NCBI GenBank assembly: GCA_045635585.1
Contig: JAZTWA010000012.1
Location: 19,315-83,314 of the forward strand
Direction of reading: 5' to 3'
DNA: 64,000 bases
Origin: Candidatus Enterousia sp.
Lineage (GTDB): Bacteria; Pseudomonadota; Alphaproteobacteria; Rs-D84
In this document: piece by piece, positions 27,405 to 37,129 of the stretch
Numbering within the stretch: the stretch's first letter is position 1
Layout of the letters: the number at the start of each line of letters is the position of its first letter
The notes under the pieces: generated by a model
The model's database searches: none
What the model was told of the DNA's origin: nothing
What the model saw: only the letters and a program-made list of their open reading frames with translations
Translations under genes and position numbers: made by a program

Positions 27405-28506
27405 AGGTGTATTCTTTCGGCATTAAGATAAACATTTGACCAGTTGCATGTTGACCCTGGGCATATTTATATGCGTCGTCACCTTTGCCAAAGAATATGT
27501 CGGCGCGAATCCAACCGCGAATTGCACTGCCGGTGTCTTGGGCAATCATAAGACGACGAAATGGTTGACCATTTGATAAATTGGTGTTGATATATACAGG
27601 TAATCCCAATGTGTATAAGTCATCGTCCATTGCAATACTGCGAATTTTTGATAATGGTGTACCCAATTTACCGATTACATCAGGTGGGGTTGATTCATAA
27701 AAATATACATAGCGTGGATTTTTATAAATCACATCTTTGGCCAGTGCGGGGTTTGCTTTGAGGTGTTGCCATACCGCTTCGGATGAATAGCCGCCAGATG
27801 GACGGATGCCGCGGTTGCGTAATTCTTCGCCGATGGATTTGAATGGCATATCATTTACAGCCGCAAAGTTTAATTTTACATCTGTGCCATCTTCGAGGCG
27901 TAAATTACCACTGCCTTGGATTTGTATGTTTTGTACGTCAACAATATTGGCCCAATATAATACGCGACCGATTTGTTTTTCGACAATATCTTTTTTGGCG
28001 ACACCTTTGTAATTGCGGCCGTCGGTTGGTATGCCCATTAAAGGTTCATTACATTCGGCGGTCTTTTTGCGACATGCAGGAATGATTGGTGAATAATATC
28101 CGGTATATGTTCCACGATCTGTGCCGTTTTCATTGTATATCTGGTATGGTTGAAAATGGGATTCAAACCATGCCCGTACCGTTGCAGTATCGGCCGATGC
28201 AGATGGTAACATACGACATTTTTCAGCAAATAGTTCGCGGTCGGGTTGTACGCGACCAACGTATTGTATCTTTGCCTTGCATGAATTACGAAATGCCTGA
28301 AGTGCGTAACGCACATCATCGTCACGCCATCCGGGTAATTCAGAATATGATACGCGACGGAAATTAGATGGAATTACAGAATTATCTGTTGTTACGGTTG
28401 GGGTGGATAAATCGCATGATGCCAAGATGAATGCGCAAAATATTGCCAATAATCCACGTGTCAGAATGTTTTTTTCAAAAAATCGCATTTTTATTAATCC
28501 CCCCAC
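27388..28506 (-). CDS. mltA: Membrane-bound lytic murein transglycosylase A (MltA)
   Basis: Lipoprotein signal (likely start MRFFEKN at 28488, lipobox ILASC). MltA-specific and 3D domains (...RADIFFGKGDDA...GQMFILMPK). Confidence 0.7.
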   Translation of the reverse strand: MGGLIKMRFFEKNILTRGLLAIFCAFILASCDLSTPTVTTDNSVIPSNFRRVSYSELPGWRDDDVRYALQAFRNSCKAKIQYVGRVQPDRELFAEKCRMLPSASADTATVRAWFESHFQPYQIYNENGTDRGTYTGYYSPIIPACRKKTAECNEPLMGIPTDGRNYKGVAKKDIVEKQIGRVLYWANIVDVQNIQIQGSGNLRLEDGTDVKLNFAAVNDMPFKSIGEELRNRGIRPSGGYSSEAVWQHLKANPALAKDVIYKNPRYVYFYESTPPDVIGKLGTPLSKIRSIAMDDDLYTLGLPVYINTNLSNGQPFRRLMIAQDTGSAIRGWIRADIFFGKGDDAYKYAQGQHATGQMFILMPKEYTYVKPR

Positions 28507-28601
28507 TTGTAAAAGTTTTTTATAATGCTATATTATCATAAAACAGGGCCGCGGTCCAGACCTTAAAAATGCCAATATATATAGAGTAAGGAGAAAATCT
28601 G

Positions 28602-29027
28602 ATGGCAAAATTTAATATTATCTCTCAGTTTTTAAAGGATATTTCTTTTGAAAGCCCAAATGTACCAGAATTGTTCTTTAAAAATGATAATGGTCAGGCA
28701 AAATTAGAAATCAATATTGATATTCAAATCAAAGGTGCAGAAAATAATTTGTTTATGGTTGATTTGATTGTCAAAGTTCATTCAAAACTGGAACAGGGTG
28801 AAAAGTCTATATTCTTGATTGAATCAACATATTCTGGTTTGGTTCAGATGGAAGAAGAAAAAGATGAAGAAGTTAAAAAACGTACATTGTTGATTGATGT
28901 GCCAACATTGTTGTTCCCATCAGTTCGTGCACTGATTACACGTTTGACCAGTGAATCTGGATTCCCAACATTCGCAATGCAGCCAGTTGATTTTGCCCAA
29001 TTGTATGCGCAGAAAAATGCAAAATAA
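28602..29027 (+). CDS. secB: Protein-export chaperone SecB
   Basis: 141 aa. FNIISQFLKDISFESPNVPE...KLEINIDIQ is characteristic of SecB. Confidence 0.85.
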   Translation: MAKFNIISQFLKDISFESPNVPELFFKNDNGQAKLEINIDIQIKGAENNLFMVDLIVKVHSKLEQGEKSIFLIESTYSGLVQMEEEKDEEVKKRTLLIDVPTLLFPSVRALITRLTSESGFPTFAMQPVDFAQLYAQKNAK

Positions 29028-29046
29028 TTTAGTGTGATTGTTGTTT

Positions 29047-29076
29047 CGTCCCCCAAAATGGGGGATTTTATTTTTG
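29047..29076 (+). terminator. Rho-independent terminator after secB
   Basis: ccccc-aaaat-ggggg followed by attttattttt. Confidence 0.55.
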
Positions 29077-29101
29077 CTTTTTTTATGATATAATTTGTCT
29101 T

Positions 29102-30286
29102 ATGGCAAAAGATAGATATATTTCAGTTAATAAAAATATTAGTGGTTTTTCGTTTGCAAATTTGGGTTTTTTTACCGGATTTGCAGATGGTATTTATAAT
29201 GCGGTTTATTCGTTGGTGATTTTGGAAATTTTCAAATCTTCGGCGATTGTTGGTATTTATGCCGCCTTGTATTCGGTTTTTTGTTTTGTCGTTGGTTTGT
29301 TCGCAAATGAAGTTTTAAGACAATTTTCCAAGGCACGTGTGTTTTATTTCGCGATGCTGATGGTCGCAATGTGTTACGCGATGATGAGTTTTTCTATACT
29401 GCCACGAACATTTATTATTTTGGATTATACAACGGGTGTTGCAACAACGTTTATAACCGTATTGATTCCATTGTTTATGGCGGACTTTTCAAGAAATATT
29501 GGAATGGCGCGATTAAATTCCAGATATCATTTATGGATGAATATTGGTGCGTTGTTTGCGCCAACTGTGGCGGTTATGATTGCAAATCATTTTGGTAATA
29601 GAGCTGCGTTTTTTGGGTCGGCTGTTGTTTATTTGGCGGGGTGGACATTATTTAAGTACTTTAAGATTGTTCAAGAAGATAAACGTATTAAATCGGTCAG
29701 TCCGCGTAAGACAATACGTGCCTTGTGGAAGAATGTGCTTGCTTTTTTCGGTGTGGCGGGAATGGCACGTGCGTATATGGTGAATTTTGGATACTATGCT
29801 TTACGGGCTTTGCGTGTATTGTATGTGCCGATTTTGGTTATTGAAAATGGTTTTGATAAAGATGCACTGGGGTGGGTTTTGACGTTGGGTATAATACCTT
29901 ATTTGTTACTTAGTGATGCAATGGCACATTTGGTTAAACGTTATGGCAAGACATTGTGGCTGGTGCTGGGATTTGGTTCGTTTGCGGCGCTGTCAGTGAT
30001 GGCAACTTTTGCAACCGGAATACCTTTGTTGATGATATTTGTTGCATGGCAGGTGTCGGGTGCATTGATGGAATCTGTGCATGATTTGTTATTTTTTGAT
30101 ACGGTAAAAAAATCACAACAGACACGTTTTTATGGGGTGTTCAGAACCAGTGCAAATTTACCATATGTTATTGTGCCAACGTTGGGGGCGATTATGATTG
30201 CAGTATGTGGTACAACAACCGCCGTATGGTGGGTGACGGCATTGATTGGAATGCTTAGCATTTTGGTTTTGGTTGCTAAAAAGTGA
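29102..30286 (+). CDS. MFS transporter
   Basis: 394 aa with ~12 predicted TM helices and two 6-TM halves. Confidence 0.65.
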   Translation: MAKDRYISVNKNISGFSFANLGFFTGFADGIYNAVYSLVILEIFKSSAIVGIYAALYSVFCFVVGLFANEVLRQFSKARVFYFAMLMVAMCYAMMSFSILPRTFIILDYTTGVATTFITVLIPLFMADFSRNIGMARLNSRYHLWMNIGALFAPTVAVMIANHFGNRAAFFGSAVVYLAGWTLFKYFKIVQEDKRIKSVSPRKTIRALWKNVLAFFGVAGMARAYMVNFGYYALRALRVLYVPILVIENGFDKDALGWVLTLGIIPYLLLSDAMAHLVKRYGKTLWLVLGFGSFAALSVMATFATGIPLLMIFVAWQVSGALMESVHDLLFFDTVKKSQQTRFYGVFRTSANLPYVIVPTLGAIMIAVCGTTTAVWWVTALIGMLSILVLVAKK

Positions 30287-30344
30287 TACTTGATTTTTCG
30301 CGTTTTTCTTAGTATGCTTTTCTTGAGAAAAAAGGGGAAAGTAT

Positions 30345-31424
30345 ATGGCAAAGAAAGATGTTGCAAAGGACGCAGCAACAGGGACAAGAAACCCTGCGTT
30401 GGAATCTGCGTTGGCACAAATTCAAAAACAATTTGGTAAAGAAGCCATCATGAAAATGGGTGATGGTTCACAACAAAATATCGAAGCGATTTCTTCGGGG
30501 TCTTTGGGCTTGGATATTGCGTTGGGTGTTGGTGGTTATCCAAAAGGGCGTATCGTTGAAATTTATGGACCAGAAAGTTCGGGTAAAACAACATTGGCAT
30601 TGCATGCGGTTGCAGAATCCCAAAAAAAGGGTGGTACGTGTGCATATATTGATGCGGAAAATGCGCTGGACCCAAGTTATGCAAAAAAGTTGGGTGTCGA
30701 TGTTTCTAATTTAATTATTTCACAACCGGATTCGGGTGAACAGGCCTTGGAAATCGCGGATACTTTGATTAAATCTGGCGCGGTTGATGTTGTGGTTATT
30801 GATTCTGTTGCGGCGTTGGTGCCCAAGGCAGAATTAGAAGGTAATATTGGGGATTCTTTTGTCGGTACAACTGCCCGATTGATGAGTCAGTCTTTGAAAA
30901 AATTGGCGGGGTCTGTGTCGCGCAGTAATACATTATTAATCTTTATTAACCAGATTCGTATGAAGATTGGTGTTATGTTTGGAAATCCAGAAACGACGTC
31001 TGGTGGTAATGCTTTAAAATTCTATGCGTCGGTACGTTTGGATATTCGTCGTACAGGACAAATCAAAGATAAAGAAAGTATTGTTGGAAACGAAACACGC
31101 GTCAAGGTTGTAAAAAATAAGGTCGCACCACCTTTCCGTACAGTTGATTTTAAAATTATGTATGGCGAAGGTATTTCGCGTATTAGTGAAATATTGGATA
31201 TGGGTGTTAAATACGACTTTATTGAAAAAGCAGGCAGTTTTTATTCTTACAATAGTGAACGTATGGGACAGGGTGAAGCAAATGCACGTGCATGGTTAAA
31301 GGATCACCCAGATGTTCAGCAAGAATTGTTAGATAAGATTATGGCGCGTTCGTCCGGTATTGCAGAAGAAATGACAACGGGTCCGGTGGATGAATCTGAT
31401 GATGTGATGTCTGTTGAAGAATAA
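30345..31424 (+). CDS. recA: Recombinase RecA
   Basis: Walker [10 protein letters not shown], loops L1/L2, and RecA signature [14 protein letters not shown]. 359 aa. Confidence 0.95.
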   Translation: MAKKDVAKDAATGTRNPALESALAQIQKQFGKEAIMKMGDGSQQNIEAISSGSLGLDIALGVGGYPKGRIVEIYGPESSGKTTLALHAVAESQKKGGTCAYIDAENALDPSYAKKLGVDVSNLIISQPDSGEQALEIADTLIKSGAVDVVVIDSVAALVPKAELEGNIGDSFVGTTARLMSQSLKKLAGSVSRSNTLLIFINQIRMKIGVMFGNPETTSGGNALKFYASVRLDIRRTGQIKDKESIVGNETRVKVVKNKVAPPFRTVDFKIMYGEGISRISEILDMGVKYDFIEKAGSFYSYNSERMGQGEANARAWLKDHPDVQQELLDKIMARSSGIAEEMTTGPVDESDDVMSVEE

Positions 31425-31430
31425 TTATAT

Positions 31431-31456
31431 TTCCCCAGTCTGGTTTGACTGGGGAA
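31431..31456 (+). terminator. Putative terminator hairpin after recA (no strong T-run)
   Basis: ttccccagtc-tggtttg-actggggaa. Confidence 0.3.
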
Positions 31457-31490
31457 ATAATTATAAATAGTAACAAAAAAGGGATGTGTT

Positions 31491-32387
31491 ATGAATTTAG
31501 TACGTATGTGGGCAATGACAGATATTATTGTTCGTGGACATATTTTGAATTGGTTTTGGCGTTCGCGCGAAAAAAGACGCGCAGTGCGCAGTGATGTTAT
31601 TTCACAAGTTATTCCAAAATACTTTGAAAGATATTTGCCAGTTGTTGCAGCCGTAAAAGAAAGAAAAGTTGTTAATAATGATAAAAATGACAAGATTTTT
31701 TCTTTGTGGTTACAAGGAGAAGAAAATGCACCGGAATTGGTAAAAGCCTGTTTCCGTAGTGTGCGCAGACATTGCAAGCAAGAATTAGTTGTTTTAGATA
31801 TTAATACTGTGTTTGATTATATTTCTTTGCCCGAAAAAATTGTGAAAAAGTATAAAGCAGGCAAGATTGGACATGCACATTTTGCAGATATTTGTCGCGT
31901 TGAATTGTTATATACACATGGTGGTTATTGGTTGGATTCAACGGGATTTGTAACAGAAGCAATCCCAGATTGGATTGCTGATGAAGATTTCTTTGTATAT
32001 ATGGCGGGTCAAAAGGTTGGCAGTCCATATAGTTATATGCAAAATTGCTTTATCCGTTCGCGTAAAGGGGCGTATTTATTGGATGCATGGCGTGCAATGA
32101 TTTTGGAATATTGGATGAATGAAAATGGACCATTTGATTACTTTATGCATCAGTTGATGTTTAAGACAATTGTGACACATGATCCGCGTGCAAAAAAATA
32201 TTTTGAAAAAATGCCACATGTTGATCAGGATCCAACACATGCTTTGTGGTGGGATTGGCATGATAAGCCATATGATAAAAAGACTTTTGATAAAGTTACT
32301 AGTGGTGCCTTTTTTCAAAAAACAACATATCGTCAGGCAAAAAATCCAATTCCTGGGTCGATTGCGGATAAAATGTTAAAAATGTAA
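31491..32387 (+). CDS. Capsular-polysaccharide-synthesis-type glycosyltransferase (Caps_synth / GT32-like, DXD)
   Basis: IPKYFERYLPV... and the DxD region are typical of the Pfam Caps_synth family. It is first in a 3-gene plus-strand glycosyltransferase operon. Confidence 0.55.
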   Translation: MNLVRMWAMTDIIVRGHILNWFWRSREKRRAVRSDVISQVIPKYFERYLPVVAAVKERKVVNNDKNDKIFSLWLQGEENAPELVKACFRSVRRHCKQELVVLDINTVFDYISLPEKIVKKYKAGKIGHAHFADICRVELLYTHGGYWLDSTGFVTEAIPDWIADEDFFVYMAGQKVGSPYSYMQNCFIRSRKGAYLLDAWRAMILEYWMNENGPFDYFMHQLMFKTIVTHDPRAKKYFEKMPHVDQDPTHALWWDWHDKPYDKKTFDKVTSGAFFQKTTYRQAKNPIPGSIADKMLKM

Positions 32388-32408
32388 ATAAAAAAAAGGT
32401 GGTGTGAT

Positions 32409-33182
32409 ATGCCTGTGGTTTCTGTGATAATACCTGTGTATAAGGCGGAAAAGTTTTTGCGCAGATGTTTGGATTCGTTACTAAATCAAACTTTTCAGAA
32501 ATGGCAGGCAATTTGCATCGATGATGGTAGTCCAGATAGTTCTGGGAAAATTCTGGATGAATATGCCGCACGTGATACGCGTTTTGTCGTAATTCATAAA
32601 AAAAACGCAGGTGTTTCTGCGGCTCGTAATGATGGTATCAAGTCGGCCGATGGTGATTTTATTCACTTTTTGGATGCAGACGATTGGATTGATGATGATT
32701 TTTATGCGCATATGATTGCGGTTGCAAATGATACAAATGCAGATATGGTTGTGTCAGGATTTGTCAGTGATAATAAATTTACAAAACCAATTATTTATAA
32801 TCAGGTATCTGTCTTGCGGACAATGTGGCAGAAAATGCGGGGGACGTTTGCATTAACGGATTCTTATGTATGGCGTTATTTGTTCAGAAAAAATTTTATT
32901 AAAAAATATAAATTAAAATTTGATACAAATTTGATTGCACAAGAAGATACTATTTTTGTTTTAAATGCAATTGCTATGGCAAATCTTGTCGCAGTTGTAC
33001 CGTATGTAAAATATCATTATATGTTTAATGAAAATTCTGCGTTGAATTCACGTGATGTGGCACATCATGCGCGTGTCAAAGCGCAATATAAAATCGGAAA
33101 AAAATATCGTCGCGATTTTGCAAAAAAGCATAATTTAATATGGTTGTGGCGATGCAGAAAAATTATTAATCATTTTAGATAA
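32409..33182 (+). CDS. Family 2 glycosyltransferase
   Basis: VSVIIPVYKAEKFLRRCLDSLLNQTF...DDGSPD...DADD is a canonical GT2 N-terminus. Confidence 0.75.
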   Translation: MPVVSVIIPVYKAEKFLRRCLDSLLNQTFQKWQAICIDDGSPDSSGKILDEYAARDTRFVVIHKKNAGVSAARNDGIKSADGDFIHFLDADDWIDDDFYAHMIAVANDTNADMVVSGFVSDNKFTKPIIYNQVSVLRTMWQKMRGTFALTDSYVWRYLFRKNFIKKYKLKFDTNLIAQEDTIFVLNAIAMANLVAVVPYVKYHYMFNENSALNSRDVAHHARVKAQYKIGKKYRRDFAKKHNLIWLWRCRKIINHFR

Positions 33183-33208
33183 ATGGCTTGTAACAAAAAA
33201 AGGGGTGT

Positions 33209-34237
33209 ATGATGCCGGCAATTTCTGTGATTATTCCAATATATAATGTTGAAAAATATTTACGTAGATGTTTGGAAAGTGTCTTGAATCAGACTTTTGC
33301 AGATTGGGAAGCGATTTGTGTAAATGATGGTAGTCCTGATAATAGTTACAAGATTTTGGAAGAATTTGCATCACGTGATAGTCGCTTTAAAATTGTAAAT
33401 AAACCAAATGGTGGTTTGTCAGATGCGCGTAATGCAGGTATGCAAGTGGCCCAAGGTGATTTTATTTTATATCTGGATAGTGATGATTTTATTCACCCCC
33501 AGACAATGGAATTGGCATATCATATGGCAATGCGCGATAAATCAGATATTGTTTCTTTTACGTATGACAGAATTTATCGCCCACAATTGATGATACGGCA
33601 TTTTTTAAAGTTGGATACAGATAATGTGGTGCCGCATAGAATTAATAAGAAATATAATGTAAACAAAGTTAAAACACGTGTTACAAATGATATTTATGAA
33701 TATGCCACAGAACGTACACATAATCGGGTCGGGGCAAAAAAGAAATGGTTGGTTAAACATTGTCAGGTTTGGAAAAATCTTTATAGACGTGATTTAATTG
33801 CAGATATTCCTTTTATCAAGGGGATTTTGTTCGAAGATTTCCCATGGTGGAGTCAGGTTATGTTACGTAATCCACGTACGACGATTATGCCGTTACCTCT
33901 TTATTTTTATGTGCCGAATTTTGGTGGAATCGTATTGTCAGCAAAGCAATTGCGTATTATGAAAAGTTTATGTGTTGGTTTGGACCATGCGTATAATGTC
34001 TATGTTAAGTCTGCATCGGAATATCAGATGAAAAAATGGTCTGAAAATTTCCAATGGTATTTTATTGCCAAGGCTTTTGGTAAAATTAAATATTTGGACG
34101 GTCAAGATGATATAGAAGTAGCACGTGAATGCTTTAAGCAATTAGAGCAGGTGGGGGCATTGGATAGACCGCCATTTAAATGGGCGCAAGAATTAAGGTC
34201 TGATATTTGTAATTTTATAAAAACATGTAAGTGTTAA
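33209..34237 (+). CDS. Family 2 glycosyltransferase (paralog)
   Basis: ISVIIPIYNVEKYLRRCLESVLNQTF...NDGSPD...DSDD. 342 aa. Confidence 0.75.
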   Translation: MMPAISVIIPIYNVEKYLRRCLESVLNQTFADWEAICVNDGSPDNSYKILEEFASRDSRFKIVNKPNGGLSDARNAGMQVAQGDFILYLDSDDFIHPQTMELAYHMAMRDKSDIVSFTYDRIYRPQLMIRHFLKLDTDNVVPHRINKKYNVNKVKTRVTNDIYEYATERTHNRVGAKKKWLVKHCQVWKNLYRRDLIADIPFIKGILFEDFPWWSQVMLRNPRTTIMPLPLYFYVPNFGGIVLSAKQLRIMKSLCVGLDHAYNVYVKSASEYQMKKWSENFQWYFIAKAFGKIKYLDGQDDIEVARECFKQLEQVGALDRPPFKWAQELRSDICNFIKTCKC

Positions 34238-34240
34238 ATA

Positions 34241-34310
34241 AAATGTCGGTATTTACCGACATTTTATCTTTTCCGACGTAAGACCCCGGGCGTAAGCCCG
34301 AGGTTTTTTT
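34241..34310. terminator. Two consecutive terminator hairpins between convergent glycosyltransferase operons
   Basis: atgtcggta-tt-taccgacat plus T-rich tail, then cgggc-gtaa-gcccg plus T7. The latter overlaps the stop of the minus-strand Stealth gene. Confidence 0.6.
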
Positions 34311-35322
34311 ACTTTTCAAATTGTGATTTTTCGGGAAAACGTTCATGCATAAATTTTGCATTGTCACGCAAAACCGTCTCATCAGAATCGCGCGAATCGT
34401 TTATGCAAAATGTTGGTGATTTTAATAATGCCGTACGTGCAGTTGATGTGTCTGTGCAATATACGGGTGAATTACGTATCCATGGATAGAATATTGTATT
34501 ATATATAAAATCTGTAATCTTGTGGCGCGTGTGTTTGCGTGCGCGTGAATGTATAAATACGGCACGATTATTTATAAGGTCGTATAAATTAAACATCCAA
34601 CGTTGTATTTCGTTATTTGTTCGAAATTTGTTGCGAATTTGATTGTCAATAAAGCCTGTCAGCATCGGATGGTTGCGGCATGCAATCCATGTAGATTTTA
34701 AATATGGGTCAATCCCATGTGATGGACGATATTTATATACGCGTTTACCAAATATTTTTTCAATAAATTGGGCGGATAGTATCAATGTTTGATTGTATTC
34801 ATCAACACGTTCCATCCATCGTCCAATATTTTTGCATCTGTTTGCATGATTACTATATAAAACGCGTGCACGTCCATATCTGTCGTAAAAAAACGATGGG
34901 GACAGGGGGCGGTTGAAAAACATGTCGTCGTTCATTAATAAAAAGTGTTCCGATAGACCTGGAATGTTTGGTATGCACATTTCAATCGCGGTTGCGTTAA
35001 ATGTTGGTAAACTATCATTTGGCATGATTTGTTCGTGTGGAACAATTGTTATTTTTGGGTGTTTGGTATTTAACCATTTTGGTATGTGACCAAATCCAGT
35101 TACAATATATATATGGTTTACCCATGGGGCATATTTATCAACACTGCGCAGTGAATATAGGAATTCGCCATTGTCGCGCCAGCGTGCTTCGATTGCGGCG
35201 TCTTCGTATACGGGTTTTTCGCCTTTGATAATTTCCAACCATTTATCTTTTTGGGCACGCCACTTTTTATCTGTGTCATCAACCCAAAGGTAAACAATGT
35301 CTATTTTCATGTCTGGTGTCAT
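34309..35322 (-). CDS. Stealth-family protein (capsule/polysaccharide hexose-1-phosphoryltransferase family, CR1-CR4)
   Basis: CR1 IDIVYLWVDDTD, CR2 NHIYIVTGF, and further conserved blocks (TFNATAIEMC, LMNDDMFF, YRPSHGIDPY). 337 aa. Confidence 0.7.
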   Translation of the reverse strand: MTPDMKIDIVYLWVDDTDKKWRAQKDKWLEIIKGEKPVYEDAAIEARWRDNGEFLYSLRSVDKYAPWVNHIYIVTGFGHIPKWLNTKHPKITIVPHEQIMPNDSLPTFNATAIEMCIPNIPGLSEHFLLMNDDMFFNRPLSPSFFYDRYGRARVLYSNHANRCKNIGRWMERVDEYNQTLILSAQFIEKIFGKRVYKYRPSHGIDPYLKSTWIACRNHPMLTGFIDNQIRNKFRTNNEIQRWMFNLYDLINNRAVFIHSRARKHTRHKITDFIYNTIFYPWIRNSPVYCTDTSTARTALLKSPTFCINDSRDSDETVLRDNAKFMHERFPEKSQFEK

Positions 35323-35326
35323 GGTA

Positions 35327-36181
35327 TTATACCCCCGTTTCTTTGAAGCGATTTGGCAGTTTTACAATGCGTTTTATTCCCAACATCCCAGGTTTGTCCC
35401 ACGCATAAATTGGACGAAAGATTGTTTGTAATATGCGCGCAATTTTAAACCATTTTTCATCGTGCGCAGGGCGATTGGTTATATCATTTATTGTGCCATT
35501 ACCACGACGCTTTAGGTGGTTAACCCAATCGGCGCCACGTGATGATGCCTTGGCAATTAACATGTCCATGTCAACAGCACCAAAGTGCAATAAATATAAA
35601 TTTTTATCAATGTGAAAGTTATGACCATTTATACTATGAAAGCCGCTGCCCCATGGGGTGGGGCGATTTTTTACAACCGGTTTTGTATAACGTGTGGATA
35701 ACAAGGCATATTCGCGTTGTAATAAAAATGGTTTAGATGAATCCAATGGCTTTTCATGTTTCATATGCTGGCCAATGTCTAAACCCAGTCCAGATACAGA
35801 TGTTTTAATTTTTGTGTTAGATAAATACTGGGCCAATGTGGTGTTTAATTTTGGGTCCACAATTAAAAATTCATCAGCGTCGCATCCAATTACAATGTCA
35901 TAGGTCTTTAATAATTCAGATGCCAATTCAGACATTTTTCCAATGCGATATTTGTCGCCTGTGGAACGTGACATATCTGTGTGTGGCAATTTTGTTATGT
36001 GTGCATTGCCAGAATTTTCGGGAATGTCTTGGTCCATACCGTCAAGGTATATATATAAGTTTTCTGTGCCAATTTGGTTGCCATAATATTTTATCCAGCG
36101 CGACAGAAAAAATTCGTCGTTGCGTGCCATTGTTATTGCGGCAATACGTTTGGTTGAATTTGTGTTTTTTATGTTTTTCAT
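35327..36181 (-). CDS. Putative GT-A fold glycosyltransferase
   Basis: IAAITMARNDEFFL..W..YY...G......YLDG..D...CDADEF pattern. Overlaps the upstream gene by ATGA. Confidence 0.4.
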   Translation of the reverse strand: MKNIKNTNSTKRIAAITMARNDEFFLSRWIKYYGNQIGTENLYIYLDGMDQDIPENSGNAHITKLPHTDMSRSTGDKYRIGKMSELASELLKTYDIVIGCDADEFLIVDPKLNTTLAQYLSNTKIKTSVSGLGLDIGQHMKHEKPLDSSKPFLLQREYALLSTRYTKPVVKNRPTPWGSGFHSINGHNFHIDKNLYLLHFGAVDMDMLIAKASSRGADWVNHLKRRGNGTINDITNRPAHDEKWFKIARILQTIFRPIYAWDKPGMLGIKRIVKLPNRFKETGV

Positions 36182-37041
36182 ATTCCCTCGATAAAAAGTT
36201 TGTATAAAACGTGATATGCATTACGAAATGCAATTTTTATTGGATTTTTAGTGAGTAACCATTTTACATGCTTTGGCCCATATTGTGCACAGGCAGATGA
36301 AAGAATCGCGTTGCTTAATTTCTTGTTTGTATCGTTTAATATGTGTAGTATTTGACGGCCCAAGCCACCATGGTTACGTGTAAAGGCAACCTTTTTCATA
36401 AATGGCATTTTTTTACGGTATAGTTTTTTTACTTTGTTATAAACACCGCGACCAGATACAGAATATAGGCATGCCCAATTTAGTTTATGTTTTTTTACAA
36501 GGGCGGAAAATCCTTGTTCGTATAATTTTGTAATTTGACCTTTGGATTCATGGCGCGTGATGTCATTCATGAATTTATCGTACCATTTTGATAGAAATAT
36601 TTTTCGGGTTATGCCAATAAACCATGATTGGATATGTGGGTGTTCGTTATGTGGGTTGGCCACAATTCCGAATGCATCGCAACCGCATGATTCCATTTGT
36701 TTCAGATATGCGTCCAACGAATAAAATGGACCATAAACCGAATCGTTTACCATATATAAATAATCGTAATCGGATAAGTTTAAATTTTCTTTTGCCCATA
36801 AATATCCGCGTTTGTATGAACCAAAGTCATATTCGTGATGACGTGTGCCAGATGCGAATAATGTAATGTTTTTTAATTTATTTAATTGTGTTTTATTGCA
36901 ATCGCAATCCATTACAACAATAACATCGCCATGTTTCGATAATTCTTGGACATAATATACCAATGCAGAATCAATAAGCCCACAGGGATGATAACCTGCA
37001 AATAAAAATAATCGTTTTTGTTTTTTATTGTCTGTATTCAT
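36178..37041 (-). CDS. Rhamnan-synthesis protein F (RgpF)-like glycosyltransferase
   Basis: Start at MNTDNKKQKRLFLFAGYHPCGLIDSALVYYVQEL (the in-frame extension to 37230 overlaps bipA and is unlikely). RgpF-like FAxYdxxGxIDxyvxYY pattern. Confidence 0.5.
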   Translation of the reverse strand: MNTDNKKQKRLFLFAGYHPCGLIDSALVYYVQELSKHGDVIVVMDCDCNKTQLNKLKNITLFASGTRHHEYDFGSYKRGYLWAKENLNLSDYDYLYMVNDSVYGPFYSLDAYLKQMESCGCDAFGIVANPHNEHPHIQSWFIGITRKIFLSKWYDKFMNDITRHESKGQITKLYEQGFSALVKKHKLNWACLYSVSGRGVYNKVKKLYRKKMPFMKKVAFTRNHGGLGRQILHILNDTNKKLSNAILSSACAQYGPKHVKWLLTKNPIKIAFRNAYHVLYKLFIEGI

Positions 37042-37089
37042 ATTGTATAATGTACATCTTTTGAATTCGTTTTGCAATATATCCATAAT

Positions 37090-37125
37090 AACAAAAAATA
37101 ACACGTCATAGTAATGACGTGTTAT
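37090..37125 (-). terminator. Rho-independent terminator after typA/bipA
   Basis: 12-bp perfect stem ataacacgtcat-agta-atgacgtgttat followed (minus strand) by a T-run. Confidence 0.65.
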
Positions 37126-37129
37126 TATT

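Noticed and set aside
30287-30344. SOS/LexA operator upstream of recA
   Set aside because: I looked for alphaproteobacterial GTTC-N7-GTTC / GAAC-N7-GAAC and for gammaproteobacterial CTGT-N8-ACAG boxes upstream of recA, and found no convincing match. The organism may lack LexA control.
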